Source of the DNA: a virus
Lineage: Duplodnaviria; Caudoviricetes
Strand: one strand, 5' to 3'
DNA: 63,189 nucleotides
IMG/VR virus record: IMGVR_UViG_3300042923_000815
Location: 1-63,189 of that record
Shown piece by piece: positions 8,889-19,278 of the stretch. Made by a program: the position numbers and the translations under genes. Below the pieces are notes generated by a model. That model was not told where the DNA came from, made no database searches, and saw only the letters and a list, made by a program, of their open reading frames with translations. How positions within the stretch are numbered: the first letter of the stretch is position 1; every line of letters begins with the position of its first letter.

Positions 8889-9496
8889 GTTACACCGCCA
8901 GTTGTTCCACCGCCTGGTTCTACCCCACCATGAGTGTGACCCAGGAAACTTCTACCGTCAATCGTGGTATCGCTACCTATATTGATGTTTCCACCAATAA
9001 TATTAATGGTTGGTCCATTTACCTCTACCATAGAGCTTCCACTTTCGTTTCTAAGTTGAATACCTTCCGTTGGGTAATTTGCTATTTTTTTTGGCTGACT
9101 AAAAAGAGAAGGAATAAAAAAAGAATCAGATAGATCATGCCTGCGCTTATCGATCTGGTTCTGTATCCCTCCGCTTTGCCATGTTGCATCAATACACATA
9201 TCTGCAAACCATACCCAACATTCATCATCTTCATGAATTGCCGTTACTATTAGGTGACCCCCTCCTTTTATTGTTCCAAGCGGAACATCTACAAGAGGCG
9301 GTATTTCTGTCCACGTAAGATTACCATTGATGTTAATTTTTTCCCTGATGGATAGTTGTATAGTGGCGGTTTGAGTAGATGGATTAAAACTTCTAATAAT
9401 TCCAGGCATTGAAACTCTGACACCTGCAATTTGTTCATCCATCATACGCCTATATAATTCAGTTTTATCTTTCAGCCTTTCGGGTATCGTTAGCAT
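8885..9496 (-). CDS. Tail spike protein (Gp138-like)
   Basis: SMPGII, RRHDLSD, and C-terminal HTHGGV metal-binding tip. Confidence 0.88.
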   Translation of the reverse strand: MLTIPERLKDKTELYRRMMDEQIAGVRVSMPGIIRSFNPSTQTATIQLSIREKININGNLTWTEIPPLVDVPLGTIKGGGHLIVTAIHEDDECWVWFADMCIDATWQSGGIQNQIDKRRHDLSDSFFIPSLFSQPKKIANYPTEGIQLRNESGSSMVEVNGPTINIIGGNINIGSDTTIDGRSFLGHTHGGVEPGGGTTGGVT

Positions 9497-9510
9497 ATTT
9501 AATTCACCAC

Positions 9511-10476
9511 CTAGTTAGGATTCTGAATAGGTGCGGAAAGCAAAGTAGGAGCGTTTTTACCATTACGTCCTATACCTTCGCATTCGGTATACCATTCATC
9601 GCCGCGAGTATCACCGTAATGAGATAGCTTGTAAACTTGATACTGTCCGTCTTTATCCAGCATAGTAGGCAATTGTCCTACATGTTGCTTAATTTGACGG
9701 ACCATTGTATTATCCAACTTAATCATAGACATTAGTTTAATGTTTGGATTCAGCAGGCACTTAAAACTAGCACCGTCTTGAGTTTGTTGCGGCACTCCTA
9801 TAAGTCCAGTTTGTGGCGTTAATACTAATGCTTGACCCGGTGGGATATCAGTTGCTTTTGCAATATATACCTGTCCATCGTCTATCCAAAAATTAGCGTT
9901 ATTGTCACTTGCAATGTTTTTTAAATACTGTTTTGGAGTACCAAAAAAGACCTTACCGCGCGGTAAATTCTGCGCAGAAAGGTCTGGTGATATTCTACCT
10001 ATGTCAGTTGGTGTATCGGCATTCGAAACGATTGTTTCTACAAGTTGTCGTTGATTTTGACCTGCGCCAACTGATAACTTTATAATGTTATTAGCCAGGA
10101 AACTATCTCCATCCATGCAGACAAGAGTTAATTTATAGCTTACATTATCTTCCTTGTCTCTAATGGCTTGTATAACAAGACCATCAAATATAACGCCATA
10201 TTGTTTAGGGCTTGGATTTTCTATTGTTGTTCCGTCTGTGTTCGCGGTAAGAAAACCCTGATAACCGGCTTCTATTATAACCCTATCGCCTTCTTTTATT
10301 ATTTCTGCTTCCGTACCTGCGGAGAGGTTATATATGGATACTTCCGCATAATTAGCGGTTTGCATAGCCACTTTTTCTATCCTAAATGCGCATTTTAAAT
10401 TAGATACGTCAAGAGCCGTATTATCTATTTTTGACACCAATACCCGATACTTCCTGCCATATAAAAAGTTACTCAA
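9511..10476 (-). CDS. Baseplate hub protein
   Basis: IYNLS, IEAGY, TGLIGVP, GDTRGDEWY. Confidence 0.8.
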   Translation of the reverse strand: MSNFLYGRKYRVLVSKIDNTALDVSNLKCAFRIEKVAMQTANYAEVSIYNLSAGTEAEIIKEGDRVIIEAGYQGFLTANTDGTTIENPSPKQYGVIFDGLVIQAIRDKEDNVSYKLTLVCMDGDSFLANNIIKLSVGAGQNQRQLVETIVSNADTPTDIGRISPDLSAQNLPRGKVFFGTPKQYLKNIASDNNANFWIDDGQVYIAKATDIPPGQALVLTPQTGLIGVPQQTQDGASFKCLLNPNIKLMSMIKLDNTMVRQIKQHVGQLPTMLDKDGQYQVYKLSHYGDTRGDEWYTECEGIGRNGKNAPTLLSAPIQNPN

Positions 10477-10814
10477 AGGGTATCACCCCATATTAATAAA
10501 AAATCAGTACCTAAATTATTATCATCTGGATAATCTGCCGATACGCTACTTGATTTAACAATAAACGCGCTGCCTATTCCAAGATAGCTATATTGATCTA
10601 AAATATTATCAGCAGGATAGCCACCGGGTATAAGAGGAATAGAGTCAACCAACACGGTATTATTAACTGTCTCTGTCAGCTTCATTACCCAGTACCCTGC
10701 AATCTCGTTATACCTAAGATTAAATTCAAGGGTTATGTTCTTCGAATCAACTGATAAAGTAGATTGGAAGGTTTGATTTGGTGTTGCATTAAGAGGAATT
10801 AATTGTACGCTCAT
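10473..10814 (-). CDS. Baseplate plug / small baseplate protein
   Basis: IPLNATPNQTF start and LGTDFLL end, plus gene order. Confidence 0.65.
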   Translation of the reverse strand: MSVQLIPLNATPNQTFQSTLSVDSKNITLEFNLRYNEIAGYWVMKLTETVNNTVLVDSIPLIPGGYPADNILDQYSYLGIGSAFIVKSSSVSADYPDDNNLGTDFLLIWGDTL

Positions 10815-11474
10815 TTATTTAAACCTATCCTCTATAGATTTTGCCACCGTTGGTAATGGCTCCGGTTGTATAGAGCCTTTACTTGTAGATCCAGTGCTTT
10901 GCGGCCTTGCGGAAACTGTAGTAGTTGACACTTCAACGACAAATATTTCTTTCATCGTTACTGTACATCTCAATCCAAACTGCGTTTTAAAATCATCAGG
11001 AGCCGTTATTTCTTCTATTAGCATATTTTTATAAAGATTAAGGCGAGTATGTACCTGTAAAGGTAATCTCGCCTGTTGTAAATCAAGAAGAGTTTGATAT
11101 GCGCTTACTGATTTTGTGTATCTACTAGTAAATTGACCACTAACCATTGTATCCATTGCATCAGACATGCCTATTTCCATCACTACCATAGCAGGCTCCA
11201 TATAGGCATGATCTACTATGTTTGCGCCAGTTTGTACGGGATGTTCAGTAATTTTAAGCATGGAAGTGTGTTCGGTTCGAATAATTGCATCGAAGAAAAA
11301 ACCGCCTATATTGGTTTTGATATACATAAGCTGATTCACATCATCTACAGGAAGTCCCTTCCAGTTAGGCGGTCTATACGGTGTTTTACTGGTTTCTGCT
11401 ACTACAGGTTTTTTCTTTTTTAATAATGTCCTTCCTATATTATAAGCAAACCAAACATCTTGTAAGTTAGCCAT
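10815..11474 (-). CDS. Distal tail / tube initiator (Dit-like)
   Basis: FDAIIRTEH..ITEHPVQTGANIVDHA. Confidence 0.75.
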   Translation of the reverse strand: MANLQDVWFAYNIGRTLLKKKKPVVAETSKTPYRPPNWKGLPVDDVNQLMYIKTNIGGFFFDAIIRTEHTSMLKITEHPVQTGANIVDHAYMEPAMVVMEIGMSDAMDTMVSGQFTSRYTKSVSAYQTLLDLQQARLPLQVHTRLNLYKNMLIEEITAPDDFKTQFGLRCTVTMKEIFVVEVSTTTVSARPQSTGSTSKGSIQPEPLPTVAKSIEDRFK

Positions 11475-13563
11475 ACACACCCCTCAACTCACGCATATTA
11501 CGCGCGACTTGTCGTTCTTGAGCTTGCGTAATTCCATCCGTAACGGCAGTAGATATTTGGTCTGTAGTTGCAGTGGTGCCACCAATATATAGGTTTATAT
11601 CACCGAATGCTAATGAATTTCCGGCTGATGAATATGTAGACGGTTTCGGTTGATATGTAGACGCTAGATTTTGATTAAACATATTATAGTTTTCTCTTGC
11701 GTTTGCAAGCCCGGAATAATTAACGGGGGGCGCAGAACTATAGTTTGTTGTAGAGTCCCCCATTCTTTCTAATATAGCGTTTGCATACTCATTCATGCTT
11801 GGTTCATCACCATTGCCTTGCTTGCGATTTTTAGCATACTCAGAATAATCCACTGCACCCTCACCAGCATACCATGCTATTGCAGCACCCCTTGCGCCAT
11901 ATTTAGTATAATACTCATGCAATTTATACTGAGCAACAATTTCTTGATTTCCTGGTGTCATAGGAGAGTTAGGCGGAAGTCCTGCCTGTTCTGACCACGA
12001 AGGCCAGTTCTCAGGCATTATCTGATATTTACCTGCTGCTCCGGTACGACCATTAACAGCTTCATAATCACCACCAGATTCTTGTCCGCTAATTGCATTC
12101 AAGAATCTTTGGAACCCTGTACCACCCGTAGAATCTGTACGTTCCCCTTTGACTGCGCTAGTCATTCCTTTAGTAAAATCTGATAGTATTCTTTTCCCTC
12201 TCATTGCCGCTTCTGTAAATTTACCTTGCATAGCTAATGCAACAACATCAATAATCCCAAGTATACCTCTACCAAGCGTAGCAATCATTTTAACATTAAA
12301 GGAAATCATTTCTTTAAACCATTGCCAAACCTTTTTAGCAGTGGCAGTCCCCATTGCTTCGCGCCAGAACTTCCGCATTTCTTTAGACATGTTTACAATG
12401 CCTAAGAATAAATCAGATATAGTATCAAGTAGGTCAGTGAACAACTGTACCACCATAGCCAATGCTCCACTATCTAGCAACTCATTGAATATGTCTTCGA
12501 ATATATCTAACACGCCAACGAGAATATCCCATATTAAAGATATCATTTCTTTTAAAAACTCAAAATATGAATTAATTAATTTCATTGATGATTTTACAAT
12601 GCTTGAATCAGCTATTGTGTCCCATAACTCTTGAATATCATCTTTTGTTACTGTAATTAAATTGCTAGTATTGTTAAACCAGTCAATTAATTTTTGCCAA
12701 ATAGGGGCAAGAGTAGAGCTTGATTCCCTGCCATCTAGATAACCATAAAAATCTTCGAGCAATATTAATACTGCTGTTATCGCTGTCATTATTAAGCCAA
12801 CAGGTGACATTCTAAGCAACGCCCAAGCAGCAAGTATAGCAACAGTAGCCTTTTGTATGCCCTTTGGTAATGAATCAAATACACGCTCAATTCCATTATA
12901 TAAATCTTTTACAAACCTTAATCCCGCCATGCCCACATTCATAATTATGGCTAATACTTGTGCGACTTTTTTAGTCCACTCCGGCATTGCCTGTGTTATC
13001 TTCTGATTAAAGTCAGATAGCTGTTTCTTTATATTAGTTAATGGTCCACCTAAATACTTCCCTAAGTAGTATGCTACCCACTCCATAGCATAGGCAACTT
13101 CAAGCTTTAGCTTCTTAAATTCAAACATAATGCTTCGAATATTCTTAAGTTGATCTCCTGAATCGGTTGGCGTGTTCATTTGTCTGCCTAGTGCTATCAG
13201 TTCGCCATATTGCGATCTTAACTCGGGAGTAAAGGCAATATCCTCCATGCTTTCTCCAAGAGCATCCATAGACATTTTCATTTCTTTAGCTGCAGCTTTA
13301 GAAGTCCACATTCGATTTGCAAATTTCTGATATTCGAGATCAGCTTTTGCAACCTCCGTTACCAATCCCGCAACACTGGCTGTAATGGCAGTAATGGCAC
13401 CAACTACTGCCGTACTAGCAATAGCAAAGTTTTTAGCCATGCCAGTGGTTTGAGACTGAACAACGCGCCCTAGCTCATTTATGGTTCGCGTAGCTTGATT
13501 ATATTCATCATTATTAACTTGAAATCCTAGACCAACCAAGTAACTTTTAATGGTATCTAACAC
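11467..13563 (-). CDS. Tape measure protein with C-terminal lytic transglycosylase domain
   Basis: Long helical protein followed by QESGGDY...AAGKYQIM...WYAG. GTG at 13563 is the likely start; TTG at 13572 is the alternative. Confidence 0.88.
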   Translation of the reverse strand: MLDTIKSYLVGLGFQVNNDEYNQATRTINELGRVVQSQTTGMAKNFAIASTAVVGAITAITASVAGLVTEVAKADLEYQKFANRMWTSKAAAKEMKMSMDALGESMEDIAFTPELRSQYGELIALGRQMNTPTDSGDQLKNIRSIMFEFKKLKLEVAYAMEWVAYYLGKYLGGPLTNIKKQLSDFNQKITQAMPEWTKKVAQVLAIIMNVGMAGLRFVKDLYNGIERVFDSLPKGIQKATVAILAAWALLRMSPVGLIMTAITAVLILLEDFYGYLDGRESSSTLAPIWQKLIDWFNNTSNLITVTKDDIQELWDTIADSSIVKSSMKLINSYFEFLKEMISLIWDILVGVLDIFEDIFNELLDSGALAMVVQLFTDLLDTISDLFLGIVNMSKEMRKFWREAMGTATAKKVWQWFKEMISFNVKMIATLGRGILGIIDVVALAMQGKFTEAAMRGKRILSDFTKGMTSAVKGERTDSTGGTGFQRFLNAISGQESGGDYEAVNGRTGAAGKYQIMPENWPSWSEQAGLPPNSPMTPGNQEIVAQYKLHEYYTKYGARGAAIAWYAGEGAVDYSEYAKNRKQGNGDEPSMNEYANAILERMGDSTTNYSSAPPVNYSGLANARENYNMFNQNLASTYQPKPSTYSSAGNSLAFGDINLYIGGTTATTDQISTAVTDGITQAQERQVARNMRELRGVYG

Positions 13564-13564
13564 G

Positions 13565-14160
13565 TTATCCAACCCCTTTCTTGCTGGCTTGGTCTGCTCT
13601 TAATTTATTTTCATTCATTACTGTTGCCATTTCGTGCCAGTCCAACAAATCATCAAGACAGTATGTCCCGTCAAAGACTTCACGCTGCTTCCAATCTTTA
13701 GCCATTACGGGAGCATACGCAAACTCATTTAGATTGACACACCTGCAAGCTTCATACCCCGAAATGATTCTAGTAAGTCCTTCAATGCGTTTCCTTCGAA
13801 AAAACCTGCCACATTATGAATCAAGGCATGAATTGTAAGAGATATTACTAATACCATATCATCCTCAATGTCAGCCACGCCCCATGCGTTATTATCTCCT
13901 ATTACAGGAGCCTTGCCTGCCTTTAAATCTTCATAGCATACCTTTAAGCATTCAATTTGTAGATCTTTAAACTCTTCTTTACTCATAAACGACCGTCCTT
14001 TTGGCAGATTAGATATTCCCATTTGTTTCTCCATGCCGCCAGGCAAGGACGTTGCCATCAGTTTAGCCGCTATATAACTACCTGTCAGTGCATCAAATTT
14101 ACCAATAATCCAATCCCTTTCGCCTAGCTTTATGTATTTAAACTTTTCTTTGATAGCCAT
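13565..14160 (-). CDS. Tail assembly chaperone, long (-1 frameshift) form
   Basis: Slippery T TTT TTC at 13804-13798. The -1 frame is open to a TAA at 13565 (...DGTYCLDDLLDWHE...). Confidence 0.8.
13729..14160 (-). CDS. Tail assembly chaperone, short form
   Basis: Between the tube and tape measure genes. ATG at 14160 with a G-rich RBS. Confidence 0.82.
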   Translation of the reverse strand: MAIKEKFKYIKLGERDWIIGKFDALTGSYIAAKLMATSLPGGMEKQMGISNLPKGRSFMSKEEFKDLQIECLKVCYEDLKAGKAPVIGDNNAWGVADIEDDMVLVISLTIHALIHNVAGFFEGNALKDLLESFRGMKLAGVSI

Positions 14161-14171
14161 AGTTACCCCCC

Positions 14172-14609
14172 CTATATTGGTATATATTTTAAATCCGCGC
14201 ACATCAGTGTCCATGTTACGCGTTGACCTTGCGCCTGGTATGGTGTATCGCTTTGTTTCTGCGGTGTAACGCCAGTAGCAACATGGCTGCGCCCCATTTT
14301 AGGCGCACGAATCAAAATAGCTGATTGTGCAAATTCATCAGTATCGGCAATTTGCAAGTACGCATACCATTTGATAAGCCAATTATGTAAAGCAGATGTT
14401 TGCTGCGCTTGTATCGTAATGGTTCCAGCAGGGGCGGCCATCTTGCTAATCATAACAGTACCATCTGCAGCTACATCGTGAGCCGTTACATCGCCAGTTT
14501 GTGCTACTGTCATTTCTCCGATGCCTTCACCAGTAAAAGTATAAGCGCCTACGCTAGGATGTGCTATACTGCCAGTCAAGTCTAAAAATGAATAGGTATT
14601 GTATCCCAT
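14172..14609 (-). CDS. Tail tube protein (DUF3277-like)
   Basis: TYSFLD, AADG, GTITI..QQTS, plus gene order. Confidence 0.82.
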   Translation of the reverse strand: MGYNTYSFLDLTGSIAHPSVGAYTFTGEGIGEMTVAQTGDVTAHDVAADGTVMISKMAAPAGTITIQAQQTSALHNWLIKWYAYLQIADTDEFAQSAILIRAPKMGRSHVATGVTPQKQSDTPYQAQGQRVTWTLMCADLKYIPI

Positions 14610-14621
14610 CTGTTTACCTCC

Positions 14622-15977
14622 TTATCTATTTACGTCAACGCGAATTACTACAAACTCAATAGCACCAGCAAGCTTAACAGCTACATAAATATAAGGTGCT
14701 TTTCTTGCGTCCCTGTCGGCTTGCGTTTGGCTATTGATACTTTCAGCTTGAATTAAAAATCCTTCTTGCAATACATCACCAGTATTTAGGTTTAGAATAG
14801 GTTGACCTTTCCACAGACCAGGTGCAATAAATCCTACATTAACCGCCTGTCTGCAAGGTTCGCTGATCGCATTAATTAGCTGAGTTACGCCAGCCTCTGT
14901 CTGCGGGATCTTAGGAGCTTGATACAATGCATCCATGACCGCCAGTTGAATGTCATTCGCTAATTTATCAAGGTTAATTAATTCATCAAAACTGGTACCG
15001 TTTGACATATGACCTTGTTCGAAAACTTCGTATTGACCGCCACGACTAATATACACATTACCATTTTTCGCTTTAATGTTAATTACTTGTGTGTTTGTAA
15101 GGTTGGATACAGTAACGCCTGGCATTTGCTTATAAGCTAATGTATATGCTGAATTACGTGTACCGTTATTTGCTCCCATTGCATATCCCTGAATCGAAGC
15201 CACTACATTTGCAGATTCATGATACATGCATAATGTTCTTCTGTAATTTAAAGCTTCTAAGGATTCAATAACATTTCCATCTAACATATCTCTAGCATCA
15301 ATATCATTAGTAAGAGCGAAATGCGCAGAATGAGGTGTGCATGATTCGATATATTGTGCTATTGCGAGGATGTCATTCTTTGCTAAACTACAAGTAAAAA
15401 CAGAATACCAGTCTGCATTTGCTAATCTACAAGCCACAATCGACATTAAAGCATCTTCGCCAACGGCAGACACATCAATTGTGCATCCAGTTCCACCTAC
15501 GGGAAGAACTGTAGTTGCTTTACCTGTTGCAACGGTATATCCAGTACCATGCGTTAAAATAGACACTCCGGTAATTACACCGCCAGTGTCTATAGAATCA
15601 ACTCTTAGCATCCCTCCTGATGCTCCACTTTGGACTACCGTTAATATGTCATTTACGGCATATCCAGTGCCAGCAGTTTTTAGCGCAATAGTTCTTAAAG
15701 ATCCGTTAGTTGAATCTTGCCTACCAATTGCGATCCTGGTAGGTTGTCCTGGTGATGCAAAATATAATTGAGCTGCCAAATATTCTGGAGAAGTCAATGT
15801 GAATCCATCTTCTAACATGCTGTCAGTATCTGTGTATATTTTGATGCGGTCAGCACTTGGGATAACAGATGAAGTACCTATGATTAACCCTAAATCAAAG
15901 GCGTTTCGAATTGCCGACAATGGCGATAAGTTAATAATTACATTAACAATCGGGTTAAGGCTTAACGTTGTTGCCAA
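14622..15977 (-). CDS. Tail sheath protein (DUF3383-like)
   Basis: SPEYLAAQLYF, KIPQTEAG, DRDARKAP, LAGAI. Confidence 0.88.
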   Translation of the reverse strand: MATTLSLNPIVNVIINLSPLSAIRNAFDLGLIIGTSSVIPSADRIKIYTDTDSMLEDGFTLTSPEYLAAQLYFASPGQPTRIAIGRQDSTNGSLRTIALKTAGTGYAVNDILTVVQSGASGGMLRVDSIDTGGVITGVSILTHGTGYTVATGKATTVLPVGGTGCTIDVSAVGEDALMSIVACRLANADWYSVFTCSLAKNDILAIAQYIESCTPHSAHFALTNDIDARDMLDGNVIESLEALNYRRTLCMYHESANVVASIQGYAMGANNGTRNSAYTLAYKQMPGVTVSNLTNTQVINIKAKNGNVYISRGGQYEVFEQGHMSNGTSFDELINLDKLANDIQLAVMDALYQAPKIPQTEAGVTQLINAISEPCRQAVNVGFIAPGLWKGQPILNLNTGDVLQEGFLIQAESINSQTQADRDARKAPYIYVAVKLAGAIEFVVIRVDVNR

Positions 15978-15989
15978 TAAAATCCCTCC

Positions 15990-16571
15990 TTAGTTTTCTT
16001 TGATATCAACAATAACCGTATTGCTGTTTTGATCTGTAACTTGTACCGTAGCTGATTTAAGATAAGGTACCGTAGTGTCAAATGCTACAGGTAAATTGAA
16101 TTTTGCATTTAGATTTGATCGATCCCACCATTGTCCATTAAATAACTCAGGCGATCTTATAGGTGAATCAATTTTAGGAATTAAAAAAACCTGCTGATTA
16201 TTCAGCAAGTCTCGTATTGTTTGGCTATATAATTTGTTCCGAATCATAAAGGCGTTATCATTACTATTAGGCCCATAACAAACCCAATGTACATTCATTA
16301 CGCGAGTATAAGATGTTTCTTGGTTAGCATTGTCATTATCTAAAGTAGAATATGTTGTGTCACGGAGCAAGGAGAAAGGATCTTCTTCGTCACCTATCCG
16401 CAGAAAAGTAATATCTTCAGTTATCTTCCATGCAGGAGCTCCATCTACTGGCCAGCTTATTCTTACTTTATTGGCGTTAACAGGGTTAGCAGGATCAAAA
16501 CCTAGCATGATAGTAGTTGCTTTCCAAAATAACTTCTCAATTTCTTTTATTTTTAAAAATACATCTGCCAA
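15990..16571 (-). CDS. Neck / tail terminator protein
   Basis: Immediately upstream of the sheath. PELFNGQWWDRS motif. Confidence 0.65.
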   Translation of the reverse strand: MADVFLKIKEIEKLFWKATTIMLGFDPANPVNANKVRISWPVDGAPAWKITEDITFLRIGDEEDPFSLLRDTTYSTLDNDNANQETSYTRVMNVHWVCYGPNSNDNAFMIRNKLYSQTIRDLLNNQQVFLIPKIDSPIRSPELFNGQWWDRSNLNAKFNLPVAFDTTVPYLKSATVQVTDQNSNTVIVDIKEN

Positions 16572-16940
16572 TCAATCACCTGCTTTCCTAGTTGCAATTG
16601 CTTTTACATAGCCGTAATCGTTATATGCATATACCTGCATTACCCGGTACCTTTCACTGCGCCATTCTAATTCATCACTGGTTCCTGTATCGCTATCTAG
16701 GTTTCTGGTAATAAAAATAGGATTGTCGGCGGTTGAATAAAACACCATCAATCCTGCTATGCGGTCACCCTCTGGTAACATATTAATATCTCGCGAGTTA
16801 GCGGCAATGATCGTACCATAAAAATTTACTACTACCTCGGTTTGCTCAAATACGCCATCTACCCATACACCTGATTTACGATGTCCTATATATGATTGAG
16901 CAAAATCAGGATCAATTACAATTTCATCTATTGATATCAT
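16572..16940 (-). CDS. Head-tail joining protein
   Basis: DPDFAQ, LPEGDR, YGYVKA, plus gene order. Confidence 0.65.
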   Translation of the reverse strand: MISIDEIVIDPDFAQSYIGHRKSGVWVDGVFEQTEVVVNFYGTIIAANSRDINMLPEGDRIAGLMVFYSTADNPIFITRNLDSDTGTSDELEWRSERYRVMQVYAYNDYGYVKAIATRKAGD

Positions 16941-17410
16941 GTTTTTTCACCTACTAAATAGGTTATTGATTTTCGCATTTCTCCCGTGTCAATCAATGGC
17001 TTATCGCTGCCTTTTAATGCAACCGTCAAAGGAGAATTATCTTCCCATCCATTATCAGGATCAGTGAAGTATTCTCTAGCCTTTCCACTAGCAAAATCAC
17101 CTACATTTTCTAGCTGCCGTCTTGCTTCCTGTGCTTTACCATCCAGAGCAAGCTTTGCAGCTACCTGTAATTCTTTTGCTATTGCCTCTTTATTTTTTTC
17201 TATTGATGGCTCTATGGATGGCCTTGCAGGTATTCCCTTTAAAGGTGAACCATTAGTATGGATAAACAATAGTTCTGCATTGTTTGCATCTTCTCCCGGT
17301 CTTGATGCTTCTGCTTCTGGTATTCCTATATAAACCTCTAATTTGCTAACGCTATTGATTAGGTCGTGAAGTCTAGACATGTTGTCGGTTACTTGTACTC
17401 TAGCGGACAT
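16937..17410 (-). CDS. Neck / tail completion protein
   Basis: IPARP and KGSDKPLIDTGEMRKSITY. Confidence 0.72.
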   Translation of the reverse strand: MSARVQVTDNMSRLHDLINSVSKLEVYIGIPEAEASRPGEDANNAELLFIHTNGSPLKGIPARPSIEPSIEKNKEAIAKELQVAAKLALDGKAQEARRQLENVGDFASGKAREYFTDPDNGWEDNSPLTVALKGSDKPLIDTGEMRKSITYLVGEKT

Positions 17411-17933
17411 ACATGCCACCCTTTCCGTATATTTTACCCATCGTTGCAAGCTGTTGCCCGTATGCAGTTAGCTTCCATGCTGCCCATCCATCTAAATCAC
17501 TAGCTATAGAATTAAAATCATAACTAACCGATACATCACCTACAGATTTAGAGGACATTAACCCCTTTGTTTGTCCTTTTGCAATTACCTGTGCTGCTGT
17601 GCTGTTTGCATCAGCCATGCTTTGCAAATATAAAGTAGCGAAATGTGCTACAAACCAACCCATGGCAATATGCCACGCGGAGTGCCAACGTGCTTCTTTA
17701 ATACTTGCATTAGCCAAGTCTATATACATTTGCAAAATTACAGGATTAATTAAATAGGTTATTGTCGGTGGATCAGATGAAGGAGGTATTGGTGGAATCT
17801 CTCTAGGACCAAAAGCCGCATATTCCAGGTAAAAATCCTCTAAGGCATAAGAAGGGTTATCTCCAATACGGATATTGGATGCAGCAGAAATGATTCCACA
17901 TACATCCAATGACTGGCCATCTGTTAATGACAT
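17400..17933 (-). CDS. Head-tail adaptor (DUF4054-like)
   Basis: SSKSVGDVSVSYD and TAYGQQ. Confidence 0.8.
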   Translation of the reverse strand: MSLTDGQSLDVCGIISAASNIRIGDNPSYALEDFYLEYAAFGPREIPPIPPSSDPPTITYLINPVILQMYIDLANASIKEARWHSAWHIAMGWFVAHFATLYLQSMADANSTAAQVIAKGQTKGLMSSKSVGDVSVSYDFNSIASDLDGWAAWKLTAYGQQLATMGKIYGKGGMYVR

Positions 17934-17950
17934 TTAAGTCACCTGCTTTA

Positions 17951-18226
17951 TTATTGTTCTTTGGTTTCTTCGCTTTGTCCATCAGTTTGTACGGCCGTAG
18001 CAGCATCTTTAATTTCTTTTGGTTTTTGGGTTCTCTTACCTTTTTCAATATCAGTTTCATCTTTTTTATCAGCGATTAATTCAATATCTCCATCTTCAAG
18101 AGCCCATTTAAACATATTATCTTCAGTAGACCAATCAGGAATATCGGCAAAAGATAAAGGAGAAGTTGTTACGCTTCCCCCTTCACTATTTTTAAATTCG
18201 AATGCCTTCTTAGCAAAAATTCTCAT
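17951..18226 (-). CDS. Small head-module protein
   Basis: ORF with RBS directly after the major capsid gene. Confidence 0.6.
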   Translation of the reverse strand: MRIFAKKAFEFKNSEGGSVTTSPLSFADIPDWSTEDNMFKWALEDGDIELIADKKDETDIEKGKRTQKPKEIKDAATAVQTDGQSEETKEQ

Positions 18227-18240
18227 AAATACCTTCCCCC

Positions 18241-19263
18241 TTATATTCCATCTACATATTTTGCTGGTTGTAAATACAGGAATTTAACCTGACCAAATTG
18301 GCTTGCATAAGCGGTCAAGTAAGCAACTTCTTTTACGTCGGGTTGAGTCATTATGCGGTTCAAAGGAACAGTATGATCAAAATGTACTCGATCTTCATCG
18401 TTTGCATATGCTGCCATTCTATCTGTACCACCCTGACCTGCGCCAATTGTCCACCGAGAAGGTCCAATAAATAAATCAATCCCCTGATTCTTGCCAATGT
18501 TGTTTTCAAGCAAGAAATTGAGGATTGAAATGTTACCAGCACTAGATACTTTTTCTCTTACTAGTCTTGCATATTTTGCAGGAGGAATAAGAATGTGATT
18601 AGCCATACCAGTAAGATCATATTCGGACGCTGCCCAAGTATCGTTCATAACTTGATTAACATCAGCTAAAATTTCATCTGCTGTTTTAGTATCCCATCCT
18701 GGAGTACCCCCAGCACCATTTGCGGCAGCTGCGCGAGCTACAGAAGGGTTATTTATTAGACCATATGTACCAAGGCTAGGAAATCCAAGATATACATTCT
18801 GATCCATTGTTTTATCATGATTTAGACGGATACCTTTATCAAGAATATCATCAAGAGAACGGCCAATATTTTGTAATTTACTTTGATCGACAAAAGGAAC
18901 CTTTAAGATATGGGCCCAAGAGAATACTTTGTAAACATCTTTGCCAATATCAGCCTGCATAATTGGAATATTATTTGTTTGGCCTCCAATAATTCCACCA
19001 TCGGCACCTGCAGTACTTGCATAACTAACATTATTCGCTGAAGTTGACTCTACCCAACCTCCACCAGTTCTAGCGACGATATCCCGGGGCCATGTGATAG
19101 ATGTTAATGGTTCCCGAAGTTTAGGATCACGTTTTTCTAATTCACCAACTAAAAAAGCAAGACCGCCAGCAGTTGCCGCGTCTTGCGCTTTTAATGTTCT
19201 AGGTACTTCAAACCCTTTTGGAGTTACTATTGGAGCTGAACCAATTACGTTTGATAAATTCAT
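18241..19263 (-). CDS. Major capsid protein (DUF2184-like)
   Basis: YLGFPSLGTYGLINNPSV, W..KT..EILAD, YVDGI C-terminus. Confidence 0.9.
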   Translation of the reverse strand: MNLSNVIGSAPIVTPKGFEVPRTLKAQDAATAGGLAFLVGELEKRDPKLREPLTSITWPRDIVARTGGGWVESTSANNVSYASTAGADGGIIGGQTNNIPIMQADIGKDVYKVFSWAHILKVPFVDQSKLQNIGRSLDDILDKGIRLNHDKTMDQNVYLGFPSLGTYGLINNPSVARAAAANGAGGTPGWDTKTADEILADVNQVMNDTWAASEYDLTGMANHILIPPAKYARLVREKVSSAGNISILNFLLENNIGKNQGIDLFIGPSRWTIGAGQGGTDRMAAYANDEDRVHFDHTVPLNRIMTQPDVKEVAYLTAYASQFGQVKFLYLQPAKYVDGI

Positions 19264-19278
19264 AAATTCATATCCTCC

